Origin: Dictyostelium discoideum
Taxonomy: Eukaryota
DNA length: 64,000 nucleotides
NCBI GenBank assembly: GCA_000004695.1
Contig: CM000153.2
Location: forward strand, 4,704,001 to 4,768,000
Reading direction: 5' to 3'
Below the pieces are notes generated by a model. It was not told the DNA's origin. It did not search any database and saw only the letters and a list, made by a program, of their open reading frames with translations. A program made the position numbers and the translations under genes. This document shows positions 10,467 through 20,905 of the stretch, one piece after another (positions within the stretch are counted from its first letter, which is position 1; each line of letters begins with the position of its first letter).

Positions 10467-12594
10467 CAACACCTTGAACACTATCAAAACCTTTTGGTGG
10501 TTTTGATAATTGAGTTTGATGAGTTGTATATTTTTTAATTTGACCTAATGCAACTGAACAAATAAACATATACTTTGAAAGTGTTTTTGTTGATGCTTTA
10601 CAATATTGAATTGAAGTGGATGGTTTAACACCAAAATAAATACCACTACCCAAATAACCAATATCTCTTCTACCAGCACCAATTGATGTTGATACATTTG
10701 GTGTTAATAAACCTCTACTTAGTATACCCAATATATTCGATGGATTACTACCATGATAAAGTGTTTTCAAATTACCAACTTCAAAATTATAATTATCTTC
10801 TTCTTTTCTTATAATTTTAAAAATATTTTTAATTTTTATTAAATTATTATTATTATTATTATTATCTATACAATTTTCATTATTATTATTATTATCATTA
10901 CCATTACTTTTTTTAATTGATTGTTGTGGTTGTGTTAAACCTTCAATTTTTGTACCACCTTTAATTTGATCAGTTATACGTTTAAAATCTTTTGAAGATT
11001 TATCTAATTGATTAATTTGACAACGTAATGCACGATATTTTGCCATTTCACCACTACTTGCAGAAGTTAATGTTTTTGAAACACCACTTAATGATTCACC
11101 AACTGATAAAATATCTTTCATTAATTGTACAGATTCTTGAATATCATTTAATAGTTCATATGAATTATTAAATTTACCACCTGGTGGTTTCAATTGTGGT
11201 AATGATCTAAAGATTTCATCGATTAAATCGGTTGATTCTTTACTATCAATTTTACCACCATTACCTCTTAACACTGTTGATAATTGAAATAATGATAATT
11301 CAGCTTTATCAACTTGCATTAATGTAATGTCACCCATTGATGTTTTAATTGAACCTTCAGGTGAAAGGTGAAGTTTACTACCATTACCAAACTTATTACC
11401 CAATGTTGATATAGCTTCATCATATAATATTTTAATTAATTCATGAATTGGTTTTGGAATTTCATTATTAATGTTATTACTATCATCAATATTATTGGTG
11501 GTGGTTATTGTTGTATCATCAAATAATTTATTATAACATAATTCTTGTAATTTATTAGAACCAATTAATGTTGAACCTAATTGAAATTTTGAATATTTTT
11601 TATTTATTAAATGATCTTTAAATATCTCATTATATTGGTCCAATGAATTCTCCAAATTTGTAAATGGTATCCATTCTTTAACTGAATCATTTATTTTATT
11701 TGCATCTAAACTACCATAATTTAAAAATACTCTATAATATGATTGTGTTTGGTCACCACTACCACCACTATTATCACTATTACCAGTTTTAATTAATTCT
11801 AAAATTTTACCTGCAACATGTAATTCCAAACAAATAAAACTTTCAGCTTTTGGTGATATTAAAACATTATGTTTAACAACATGATATTTAGATTCTGTTG
11901 GAAATTTATCGTTTTCAACTTTATTATTATATTTAATTCTTTCATATTGCTGTTGTTGCTGCTCACCATTAGTTGATGATGATGATGATGATGATGGATC
12001 TTCTAATAAATTTGAAAAATCCAATGATTTATAATGATATTCTTTAATATTATATAATGAAACTAATGAATATTCATTTGGTGATAATAAATTACCATTT
12101 GAAATTGAATCTTCTAAATATCTTTTTGACACAATTGGAATATTCAATTTAATTGCCTTTTTAATATTGGATGATAAAGTTTCTAAATTTATATTCTTTT
12201 TTTCTTCTTCATCTTGATAACTATTATTATTATTATTCTTTTCATCAACTTTTATTAAATCATTAAAATCACCACTAAAAATATAATAGTTAATCTAAAA
12301 ATAATTTTTATATAAAAAAAAAATAAAAATAAAAAAATAAAAATAAAATTAAATGTTTCACAAATAATTATTATATGTGTGTTAATAGTTGAATGATTTA
12401 AATTTTTTTTTTTTTTAATTTTTTTAAATAAATAATAAAAATAACAAACTTACTTTTTGATTTAAAATCATTGAGACATTACCACCATGTGATTCTACAT
12501 ATGATTGTAAAACCTTTTTTGATTTTAAGCCACTATTTCCACAATCCAAATAAAATGTAAGATTATTTAACACAGAGTTTTTATTTACAACCAT
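4744..12594 (-). CDS. Giant vault-PARP (PARP4)-like poly(ADP-ribose) polymerase with BRCT, PARP catalytic, VIT and vWA domains, a long C-terminal extension carrying RGG, CTD-like heptads and four P-stalk tail motifs, and a final ~100-aa C-terminal domain. Two exons: 12594..12454 and 12294..4744.
   Basis: Exon 1 is ATG 12594..12454, [47 protein letters not shown], which is BRCT-like. The donor is GTAAGT (plus acttac 12448-12453) and the acceptor is tttttag at 12295. Exon 2 continues [15 protein letters not shown]... in phase into the track ORF 4744..12147, whose listed start is a TTG. The PARP signature is [19 protein letters not shown] ... GIYFG ... [11 protein letters not shown] ... [22 protein letters not shown] is [21 protein letters not shown]...[46 protein letters not shown]. 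vWA is [26 protein letters not shown]...[18 protein letters not shown]. Confidence 0.85.
7081..7290. repeat. Two tandem copies of a 105-bp unit inside the PARP CDS.
   Basis: The unit ctactactattgtttgaacgaatatttccttcaggagatggagatctagatctagttacacatctatatttatcaa(t/a)tgatattcctcttaaacttacttca occurs twice, at about 7081 and 7186. The two copies are nearly identical. They encode a duplicated 35-aa block, EVSLRGIS(F/I)[26 protein letters not shown]. Confidence 0.8.
12295..12453 (-). other. Intron, 159 nt, in the BRCT-coding 5' end of the PARP gene.
   Basis: GTAAGTTTGTTATTTTTATT ... TTATATTTTTAG. Both flanks are phase 0, and the BRCT-like sequence resumes as [10 protein letters not shown]. The unspliced reading hits an in-frame TAA within 30 nt. 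Confidence 0.7.
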
Positions 12595-12607
12595 TTTTTT
12601 GTTTTTG

Positions 12608-12642
<35 letters not shown>

Positions 12643-13095
12643 ATTTATTGTTTTTCTTTTTTTTTTTTTTTTATTTATTATTTATTTATTATATATAATT
12701 TATTTATTTTTTATTTTTTTTTTATTATTATTATTTTTAGTAATACACCTGAAAATTAAAAAATTAAAAAAAATTCTAATACTAGGAAATGATAAAATCT
12801 AATAAGCACAATGATAAAATAGTGTGTGCAATGTATTTTTTAAGAATTTTTTTTTTTAATATAAATCACTAAACTGAAATGTGAAAAAATAAAGAAAAAA
12901 AAAAATAAAAAAAAAATAAAAAATAAAGAAAAAAATAGTGTTCGTTGAAAAATTAAATAATGAAAAAAAAATAGGAAAAAAAAATCAAAATATCTTTACA
13001 TTTGAAAAAATTAGAAAAAAAAAAAAAAAAAAAGATCAAAATATCTTTGTTTTTGGGTGGGCATTTTAAAAAAAAAAAAAAAAAACTTATATTAT

Positions 13096-14707
13096 TTATT
13101 TAGAAAAATATTGTTGTTGATTGTATTGTTGACGTTGTGGTGAATTTTGTTGTTGTTGTTGTTGTTGTAGTTGTTGTTGATTTTGTCTAATTATAAATTG
13201 AACTTTTTTAACTGTTGCTCTAATAATGAATTGATCTCTACTTAGTGATCTAACATTTTTAAGGTATTCTTCCAAAGATATTCTATTTGAATGTAATGCT
13301 TTATCTAAGTAGTAGAGTAAATCTTCGATGGTTGAATCATCAGAGACCAATTTTAACAATTGTTTTGAGAGTGAATCTTTAGGACCCAATATTTGATCGA
13401 TATCAATATTTGAATCTGATTTATCATTTTCGTTTATCCATTTCTCCAATTGTTCAATGTTTTCATTCAATTGATCGATTTGACTATTGTAAGTTGCCAA
13501 TTGATTCGATAACTCCTCCTTCTCAAGTAATTTTTTCTTTGATAACTCTTCCAATGATTTGTTATGAGCTTCGAAATCCTTAATCTCTAATGATGTAGTG
13601 TCATAAAATTTCGATAATAATTCTTGCAATTTAATTGTACATTGATCAACCATTTCACTTTTTTTATCAATAACTGGTTGTGGTGGTAAAGGTGGTAATG
13701 GTTTAACTGATGGTGATGTTTGTTGTTGTTGCTGTTTTGCTGCTGTTGGTTCTGTATATGCTGGTGGTGGTGATGGTTGTTGTGGTGGTGGTATTATATT
13801 ATTATTTTGTTGTTGTTGTTGTTGTTGAGTTGGTGGTGGGGGTGGTGATGTTTGTGGTTGTTTTGGTGGGGGTAAAGATGATGTATTATTAGTTTTATTT
13901 TTAATTGAATCGTACGATGGTGGTGGTTGTGTATATGATGAGGAATTTGAAGTACTTGGTGATGAACCATATGGTGGTGGTGGTTGTTGTTGTTGTGCTG
14001 CCACATTATTATTGGTTGGTGATGAACCATAAGGTGGTGGTGATATATTATTTTGTGGTGGTTGTGGTTGTTGTTGTTGTGATACTCTTGTCTCTAATGG
14101 TGGTTTAAAACTAAATGCATCACATAACATTTTTTAACAATGACCCATCGTTGAATTGGAACTCCAACTTGATATATATGGATGATAAACTAATCCCTGT
14201 AAATTTACATGGTGATGATTTTTTACAATCCTCATCTCTGGTGTTGGATCTAAAACCATTGTTGGGAATTCTTGTGGATAGTTTAATGGTACCCAAACTA
14301 TAATTGGTAAATAATAATTAATACCTTTAAAACAAATTGGAATTGTACCTTTTATACATATTAAATTAACTCTATCTTTAATAATAATTTTTAAAAATAA
14401 AATAGTGAAAAAAAAAAAAAAAAAAAATAATATAAATTATAAAATTAATAATAAATTTTTTTATTTTTTTTTTATTTTTTTTTCTTTTTTTTTACTTACT
14501 TGGTATATTTTCATAAAACGGTGATAAATTTGGGAATAAATGAAATGTTTCTTTTAAATCTTTACTTATTCTTAGTGGATCTCTATAAGCTCTAATATAA
14601 TTAAGAAAAGTTGATAGAGTATGCATTTTATTATCCACTATGGCTAAAGTTGGATTAACCATTTGTTGTTGATGTGCATGCATTGGGTATCCATGATGAC
14701 CATACAT
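13096..14707 (-). CDS. tsg101: Tsg101/Vps23 (ESCRT-I) orthologue with a UEV domain, Pro/Gln-rich linker, coiled coil and C-terminal steadiness box. Exons 14707..14500 and 14375..13096. The reading frame is interrupted by an in-frame TAA at 14134-14136.
   Basis: Exon 1 runs from ATG 14707: MYGHHGYPMHAHQQQMVNPTLAIVDNKMHTLSTFLNYIRAYRDPLRISKDLKETFHLFPNLSPFYENIP. It ends on a GTAAGT donor (plus acttac 14494-14499) in phase 1. The acceptor is aaag at 14376. Exon 2 continues NRVNLICIKGTIPICFKGINYYLPIIVWVPLNYPQEFPTMVLDPTPEMRIVKNHHHVNLQGLVYHPYISSWSSNSTMGHC. A TAA follows, and then the track ORF from ATG 14130, MLCDAFSFKPPLETRV... C-terminally this ORF carries ...EDLLYYLDKALHSNRISLEEYLKNVRSLSRDQFIIRATVKKVQ, which matches the TSG101 C-terminal steadiness box EDTIFYLGEALRRGVIDLDVFLKHVRLLSRKQFQLRAL. 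UEV homology (YLPYLHEW versus YHPYISSW, MIVVFGDEPP versus MLCDAFSFKPP) runs straight through the stop. Confidence 0.7.
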
Positions 14708-14899
14708 TCTATATATCTATTGATTGGTGTAGTTTATTGAATTTATTTTATATGGTGGTAGTGGCTGTGTTAAAAAAAAAAAAAAAAAATAAATAATACA
14801 ATTTTTTGAGGGTAAAATAAAAAATGAAAAAAAAAAATTATGATTTTATATTTATATATGACCTTTTAAAAGGAACTATATATATATATTCACCTGTTT

Positions 14900-14942
<43 letters not shown>

Positions 14943-15145
14943 GCCAAAAAAAAAAAAAAAAAAAAATTAAAAAAAAAAAAAATTATTAAAATTTATTTTA
15001 TTTTATTTTTAATTTTTTTTAACTCAAAAATTTGAAATTATTATTATTTAATTTTATTTTTTATGTTTTTATTTTTTTTTTTTTTTATTCCATTAAAGCT
15101 TATCTCTTTTATTCAATAATTCTTCTTAATTAATAGCTCTTATTT

Positions 15146-15179
<34 letters not shown>

Positions 15180-16384
15180 GTTCAATATCCTTCCTCTTTT
15201 GAAGATAAAGATTATTTTTATTTTTATATCCAAAAAAAAAAAAAAAAAAAAAAAAGAATTATTATAAACGAGTCATTAATTATATTTTTTTTATTTTTTA
15301 AATTTTTTTTAAAATAAAAATATTAATAGAAATTAATTTTTTAATTGATAATAACATTTATGATGTACAGTATCAAAACTATATTTGTGTATGTATTAAA
15401 TTTAATTTGAATTTAATTAATTAATAGACTTTCCAGAGTTGCAAAATTATTTGAAAAATAATAATAATAATAAAAACAAAACAAAAATAAAATAAAATAA
15501 AATAATAAATGTGAAATATATTAAATTTAAAATGTTTTTTGGATAAAATAAAATATATTTTATTTTATTTTATTTGTTATTATTATATGTTAATTAATAT
15601 AATCAAATCCAAATATCAATATTGGTTTAAAACCACTCACTAAAACAGTAGTTTTTAGGTTGTCTTTGGGTTTGATTCGCTCAGTATTTTATAAGGTTAG
15701 TAGTACACATTATAATATTTTATAAGTTTTTATGTTTGGGAAATAAATCAATTTATTTTAATATAAATTCTCAATCTCTCATTTTTTAATTGATTTAATC
15801 AATTTTTAATTAAACATTCCTTAAAATATCAAATCGAGGAGTTTTATTTTTAAAATTTGTTAATTTCTTTTTTAAGTGGTCTGCGTAGTTTCTATGGTGG
15901 TCTTTGGGTTTGGTTCTCTCACTTTTAAGTTTATAACAACCAATAGCAATGACCACAACCAATAACAGCAACAACAACTAAATGATTATTATATTAAAGA
16001 AACTTCAATTGTTTTCTTGACTTTACTAAGGTCTATGAAATCAATTTACATCACTAATGAAAGTTATATAAATTTTTAAATAAACTTGAATCTGATTTCT
16101 TTTCAAAATTCATTAACCTTATTTAACAAAAATGATGAGTTTCAATTTATAATCATAATCTTTAATATTAATAAATTTATCTAAATTAGATAAAATAAAA
16201 ATAAAAATAAAAATAAAAATATTTTTCATCATTAAACAAAATTAAAGAATTGAAAATATTTATTGTTTTTAATTAAACAAAATTAAAGTTTTATTAATAC
16301 ATAAATTTAAAATACAACAATGTTGAAAATTATAATTAATATTTTGTACAGGGCTGTTAATTATAATTATTTAAATAATTATTT

Positions 16385-16658
16385 AATAAAAATTAATTTG
16401 TGGACGAGTATAAAATGCATGAGTACTTGTTTTATAAACAGTAATTGTACGAGCTACAGAATTTGTATCTTTAGAATCGTTGGAATAACATAAATTACAA
16501 GTATTAATATTTGATTTAATTTCATTTTTTGAAACAAATGATGAGCTTAATGATTCTATAATAATAAATAAAAATAAAGTTAGTTAGCACAATGAAATTC
16601 CAAATCTTGATTTATAATTTTTGTTTTGTTTTTGTTTTATTACATACTGAATAACATT
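16385..16658 (-). CDS. Candidate tiny two-exon gene for a 61-aa peptide (exons 16658..16649 and 16556..16385). Speculative.
   Basis: On the minus strand ATG TTA TTC A is followed by a GTATGT donor. An 86-nt AT-rich intron ends in ttattatatag. A phase-compatible exon then reads KSLSSSFVSKNEIKSNINTCNLCYSNDSKDTNSVARTITVYKTSTHAFYTRPQINFY to a stop. The second exon is markedly less AT-rich than the surrounding 2.6 kb gap. Confidence 0.2.
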
Positions 16659-16691
16659 TTTAATTAATTTGTTTTAATTGTACTTTTTAAA

Positions 16692-16722
<31 letters not shown>

Positions 16723-17349
16723 AAATAGTTTTTATAGTGATTTTTTTATTTTTGATTTAAATAAAATTGATGTTTTAAATGATCACAAAAAAAAAAAAAT
16801 TAAAAAACTATTTATATAAAAAAAAAATTAACAATTTTAAGATCTTACAAGTAAAATCATAATGGTGAATTAAGATGTCATCACATTTAAATTTTATAAA
16901 ATTTGTTGTTGTCATATCAATCCCATCAAATATATAATATTTTAAGATCAGTTTTATAATAATAATCAAAAAATATTATACCCATTAAAAAATATAAAAA
17001 AAAAAAAAAAAAAAGAAATTTATTAACCAAACACACACACAAATTCATCTAAAATCAAAACAAACTATTTGTTAATTTTTATATATGAGTTACATCATAC
17101 TGGTATAAATAAATAAATAAAAAAAACAATAATTATAGATGAAAAAAAAAAAAAAAAAAAAAAAAACCCATCCCTGGTTTAAAATATATGTAAATATTAT
17201 AAACTGTCCCTGGTTTAATATAAATACATATAATTAATATTATTTTTTATTAACTTTTTTTTTTTTTGTTCCTATACTCTTTTTTTTTTTAAAAAAATAA
17301 ATATTAACTTTATTTTGTATTTTTAAAAAAAAAATACAAATGATTGATT

Positions 17350-17912
17350 TTAATTTGTAAGATTTAATCCTAATTGAGAGGGAGTATGACGATTTTGTTT
17401 TAATTCAAATTGTCTTGGATTATTTCTATTTGGCCAAGAAATAATTAAAGTATTTCCTTGAATTGATGACACTGAATAATTTCTTTCAGTAACACGTTCT
17501 AATAAACCAAAATTTCTTGCTTTCCAAAATGAAAATAAAATATTTGGTCTTGTATCATCAATTTCAAAACTAACTTGATTATATTTTGTACCACCACCTC
17601 TAAATGGTATTCCATTTCTATAACCACAATAAACTGTATAGACTCTATCTTTATTTACATGGATTGTTAAATTTTTGGTATAGCTATTAACATTTGTTAC
17701 AATCACAACTCTAACCATATTTGGAGGTTGATCCTTTTTGTTATGTAATTTTTTTTTTTTTTTTTTTTTAATAAATAAATTATTAGTTTTGGAATTCTGA
17801 TTTTAATTTTAAAATAAATTAAATTATATTAATTATAACTTACTGGAAACTTTTCAATAACTACACCACTTATATCCTCATTACCAACAAATGTATCTAT
17901 AATACTTGACAT
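17350..17912 (-). CDS. Hypothetical ~150-aa protein with no recognisable domain. Two exons: 17912..17844 and 17733..17350.
   Basis: Exon 1 is ATG 17912, MSSIIDTFVGNEDISGVVIEKFP. The donor is GTAAGT (plus acttac 17838-17843) and the acceptor is aaaaag at 17734. Phase 0 joins it to DQPPNMVRVVIVTNVNSYTKNLTIHVNKDRVYTVYCGYRNGIPFRGGGTKYNQVSFEIDDTRPNILFSFWKARNFGLL... (track ORF 17350..17718). Confidence 0.55.
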
Positions 17913-18386
17913 TATTATTTTAAGCTAACTGATAATTTAAAAAAAAAAAAAAAAAAGAAAGAAAAATAATAATGTATTATTTTTAACATAAATAAAAAAA
18001 AAAAAAAAAAAATAATAAAAAATAAAAATATAAATAAAATTAAAAAAACACACACACAAAAACAATGAATATATTTTAAAAAATATTATTATTTATTTAT
18101 TAATGTGTTAAATATAAATAAAAAAAAAAAATAAAAAATTGTTTTTTTTTTTTTTTTTTGGGTTTGTTAAAAAATATTAATTGATATTTGGGATTAAAAA
18201 AAAAAAATTTTGGAATGATTTAAAATAAATAAAGGGTTAGGTGATGGAATTTGTAAAACACTAAATATTTTTTTTTTCTTTTTTTTTCTTTTCGTTTAAA
18301 GGCAGTTTTTGTTTTTTTTTTATTGGGTAATTTTTTTTTTTCCTTTTTTTTTCCTTTCCGGTTTAATTCTTTTTTTTTTTGGTTTT

Positions 18387-18421
<35 letters not shown>

Positions 18422-18524
18422 TTTTATTTATTTGTTATTTATTATTTGTTATTTTTTTTATTTTATTTTTTTTGTTTCTTATTTTTTTTATTTTTTTTTT
18501 AAAAAAAGAGATTGCATACAGATT

Positions 18525-19189
18525 TTAATTTGATACAGAGGCTCTATTTGGTGATGGTGATCTTGATAATGATCGTTTGTTACTATTACTATGATGAGTT
18601 GATTTATATGGAGAATAACGGTGATCGCTATTCCTATTTGAAGGTTTTGAAGATGTCGGTGAGATATGATGTGAAATGCTATTTGCGGTTGTAGCTGATA
18701 ATGATTTATTTGGTGTTTTATTAATATCACCAGATTCATTTAATGATGGTTGTTTTTCATTTGCTGATGATGATGTTGATGTTGTTGTTATTGTGTTTGA
18801 AGATGTTGATGTTGATGTGGTTGTTGTATTATTGTTGCTGTTGTTACTATTATTACTATTTTCATTTTGTTGTGGTGGTAGTGGTTGTGGTTGAGATGGA
18901 TTTGGTGATGGTGATGAAGTTGAAGTAGTTGTAGAAGTTGAAGTAGGAGTTGAAGAAGAAGAAGATGGTATTGTTGCAGTTTGTTGTAAAGGATTTGCTT
19001 CATAAAGATCTAAAATCTGTTTACTAATATCCTCTAAAACTTCAAATTTAATTCCCAACATTTCCCACCACTCTTTTTTATTTTCAGTTATTAATTGATA
19101 ATTTAAAAATCTAGTTGCTAAATAAATTGATGCATATGATATTAAATCTGGAGGATAATGCAGACAAAGACTTGTTCTTAAACTACAAT

Positions 19190-19226
<37 letters not shown>

Positions 19227-19958
19227 AATATGAATATGTATAGAATAAAAAAAAAAGAAGATAATGAATCAACAAAATCTATCAATCTATCTAATCTATT
19301 TATAATTTATCTATCAATTTATACACACACACAAACGCAAATACACCCTCTTATGTAACATTTGTGAGGGCGTATAATAATTAATTATTGTATATGTGCG
19401 AAAATATGAATGTGGAAAGATAATAATAAAAAATAATAATCTTACCTATCATTTACAAAATTCCAAGCGACTTGACAAAGATTTTTGCTACCTTGTATTG
19501 ATTTCATATATTCTAATAAATATTTGTAAGGGTGTTCAACAGCCAATTCAAAGGCTATTGTTGTTAAGATTAAATGTTCGTTTTGTAAAATCTTATTCTT
19601 TAAATTATTATGTTCTTGTTGTGAGATTGCAACCATTTTATCACCATCTTTCTTTTTATTCTTTATCATATATGAAACCTTTATAACATCATCTAATTTT
19701 CTTGGAGTTTCTTCGACTTTACCTGCTAAAAATAAACATGCTGTTGCTACAACCTATTTTTTTTTTAAACAAAAAAAAAAAAAAAAAAAAAAAAACATAT
19801 TATTATTTTTAGTATTAATCATTATCATTACAGGGGAATCAATATTAATACATACAAATCTATCATGATCCTTTAATTGGTGACGAATAAAGAATCTATG
19901 AAAATATGATATTGCTGTTGCAATTGTAAGTTGTGGCCTTTATAATCATTATTATAAA

Positions 19959-20046
<88 letters not shown>

Positions 20047-20281
20047 GTTATGTTAGTAAAGAAATATATTCGCCATTATGTAATTAAAATAAATAAATAA
20101 ATAAATAAATGATCTATTGTATATTGATAAAATACATTTTTAACTTTATTCCAACATCTTGTATAAATGCTGCTGATGCTCTTCGATATGCAACCTCTAA
20201 TTTAAGTTCAATACCAAGTGAGTAATGTTTTAATACTTGTTCTTTTGAAAAAAACCAATGGGAATTTGATTTATAATTCAT
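18525..20281 (-). CDS. cycK: Cyclin K (cyclin C/H/K/T/L family, two cyclin folds). Four exons: 20281..20136, 19939..19858, 19753..19446 and 19192..18525.
   Basis: Exon 1 is MNYKSNSHWFFSKEQVLKHYSLGIELKLEVAYRRASAAFIQDVGIKLK, ending in phase 2 on a GTATTT donor. Exon 2 is (M)PQLTIATAISYFHRFFIRHQLKDHDRF with a GTATGT donor. Exon 3 is VVATACLFLAGKVEETPRKLDDVIKVSYMIK...ILQNEHLILTTIAFELAVEHPYKYLLEYMKSIQGSKNLCQVAWNFVND, ending in phase 2 on GTAAGA. Exon 4 is (S)LRTSLCLHYPPDLISYASIYLATRFLNYQLITENKKEWWEMLGIKFEVLEDISKQILDLYE followed by a Ser/Thr/Asn-rich tail. The match to human cyclin K is close across all four exons (YFHRFY, ACLFLAGKVEETP, VEHPY, AWTFVNDSL, VLEDICHQILDLY). Confidence 0.85.
19961..20046. 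repeat. (ATT)n microsatellite, about 28 units, inside cycK intron 1.
   Basis: Perfect tattattatt... run on the plus strand. Confidence 0.9.
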
Positions 20282-20308
20282 TGTATATCTATGTGGTGTT
20301 GTGTGTAT

Positions 20309-20361
20309 GTGATGTGATGTGATGTGATGTGATGTGATGTGATGTGATGTGATGTGATGTG
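20309..20361. repeat. (GATGT)n pentanucleotide microsatellite, about 10 units, 30-80 bp 5' of the cycK ATG.
   Basis: gatgtgatgtgatgtgatgt... on the plus strand, which reads (ACATC)n on the gene strand. It lies in the 5' leader or core promoter of cycK. Confidence 0.9.
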
Positions 20362-20851
20362 TGTTTTGGGTGATGTAGGTGTATGTGTATGTATTGGGTG
20401 TATGAGTGTATATGTATAGTATTGTGTGTGTTTTTTTTTTTTATTTTTTTTTTTTGGTCTTTTTAAGTGTATATAATGAGTTGGTGATAATAATAGGTGA
20501 TAAATTATATGAAACTTTATACTGGCTAAATAAAAAGCTTTATAAATTATTACTGTTTTTATCAATAAATAGAGTTTATTCTTTTTTAAAAAAAGAAAGG
20601 AAAAGAAATGAGGGAAAAAAAAAAAAGCTGTTTTTAATGTATTTATTTATATGAATTTAAACCTTTAAGGTTTTATTTTTTATTGTTATTTTGTTTTTAT
20701 TTTCTTTTTTTTTTTTTTTTTTTTTTTGAATGAAAACCTGTTTTTACTGCTACTGCTACTGCTACTACTATTATTATAATAAATATTCCTCTAAAAAAAA
20801 AAATTTTATATTATTCTAATTGATTCCGCACAGTGAGCGAGTATTACTGTG

Positions 20852-20852
20852 G

Positions 20853-20903
<51 letters not shown>
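20852..20903. repeat. Uninterrupted A(52) homopolymer in the cycK upstream intergenic region.
   Basis: ggaaaaaaaa...aaag. Long oligo(dA/dT) tracts are typical of Dictyostelium promoters. Confidence 0.9.

Positions 20904-20905
<2 letters not shown>

Noticed and set aside
12599-12802. Poly-Phe and poly-Leu ORFs at 12599..12802, 18309..18533, 20806..21154, 32566..32865 and 47246..47579.
   Set aside because: They are translations of oligo(dT)/(dA) tracts and (AAAT)n/(ATTT)n repeats in promoter or intergenic DNA, not genes.
13710-14108. Plus and minus ORFs rich in V, M and H overlapping tsg101.
   Set aside because: They are alternative frames of the CAA/CCA-rich Pro/Gln linker of Tsg101.
14137-14170. 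A 33-nt 'mini-intron' (GTCATTG...CATTTAG) that would remove the TAA in tsg101.
   Set aside because: It is too short for a spliceosomal intron in this genome, its phases do not match, and it would delete residues (MLCDAF) that align with the conserved UEV C-terminus.
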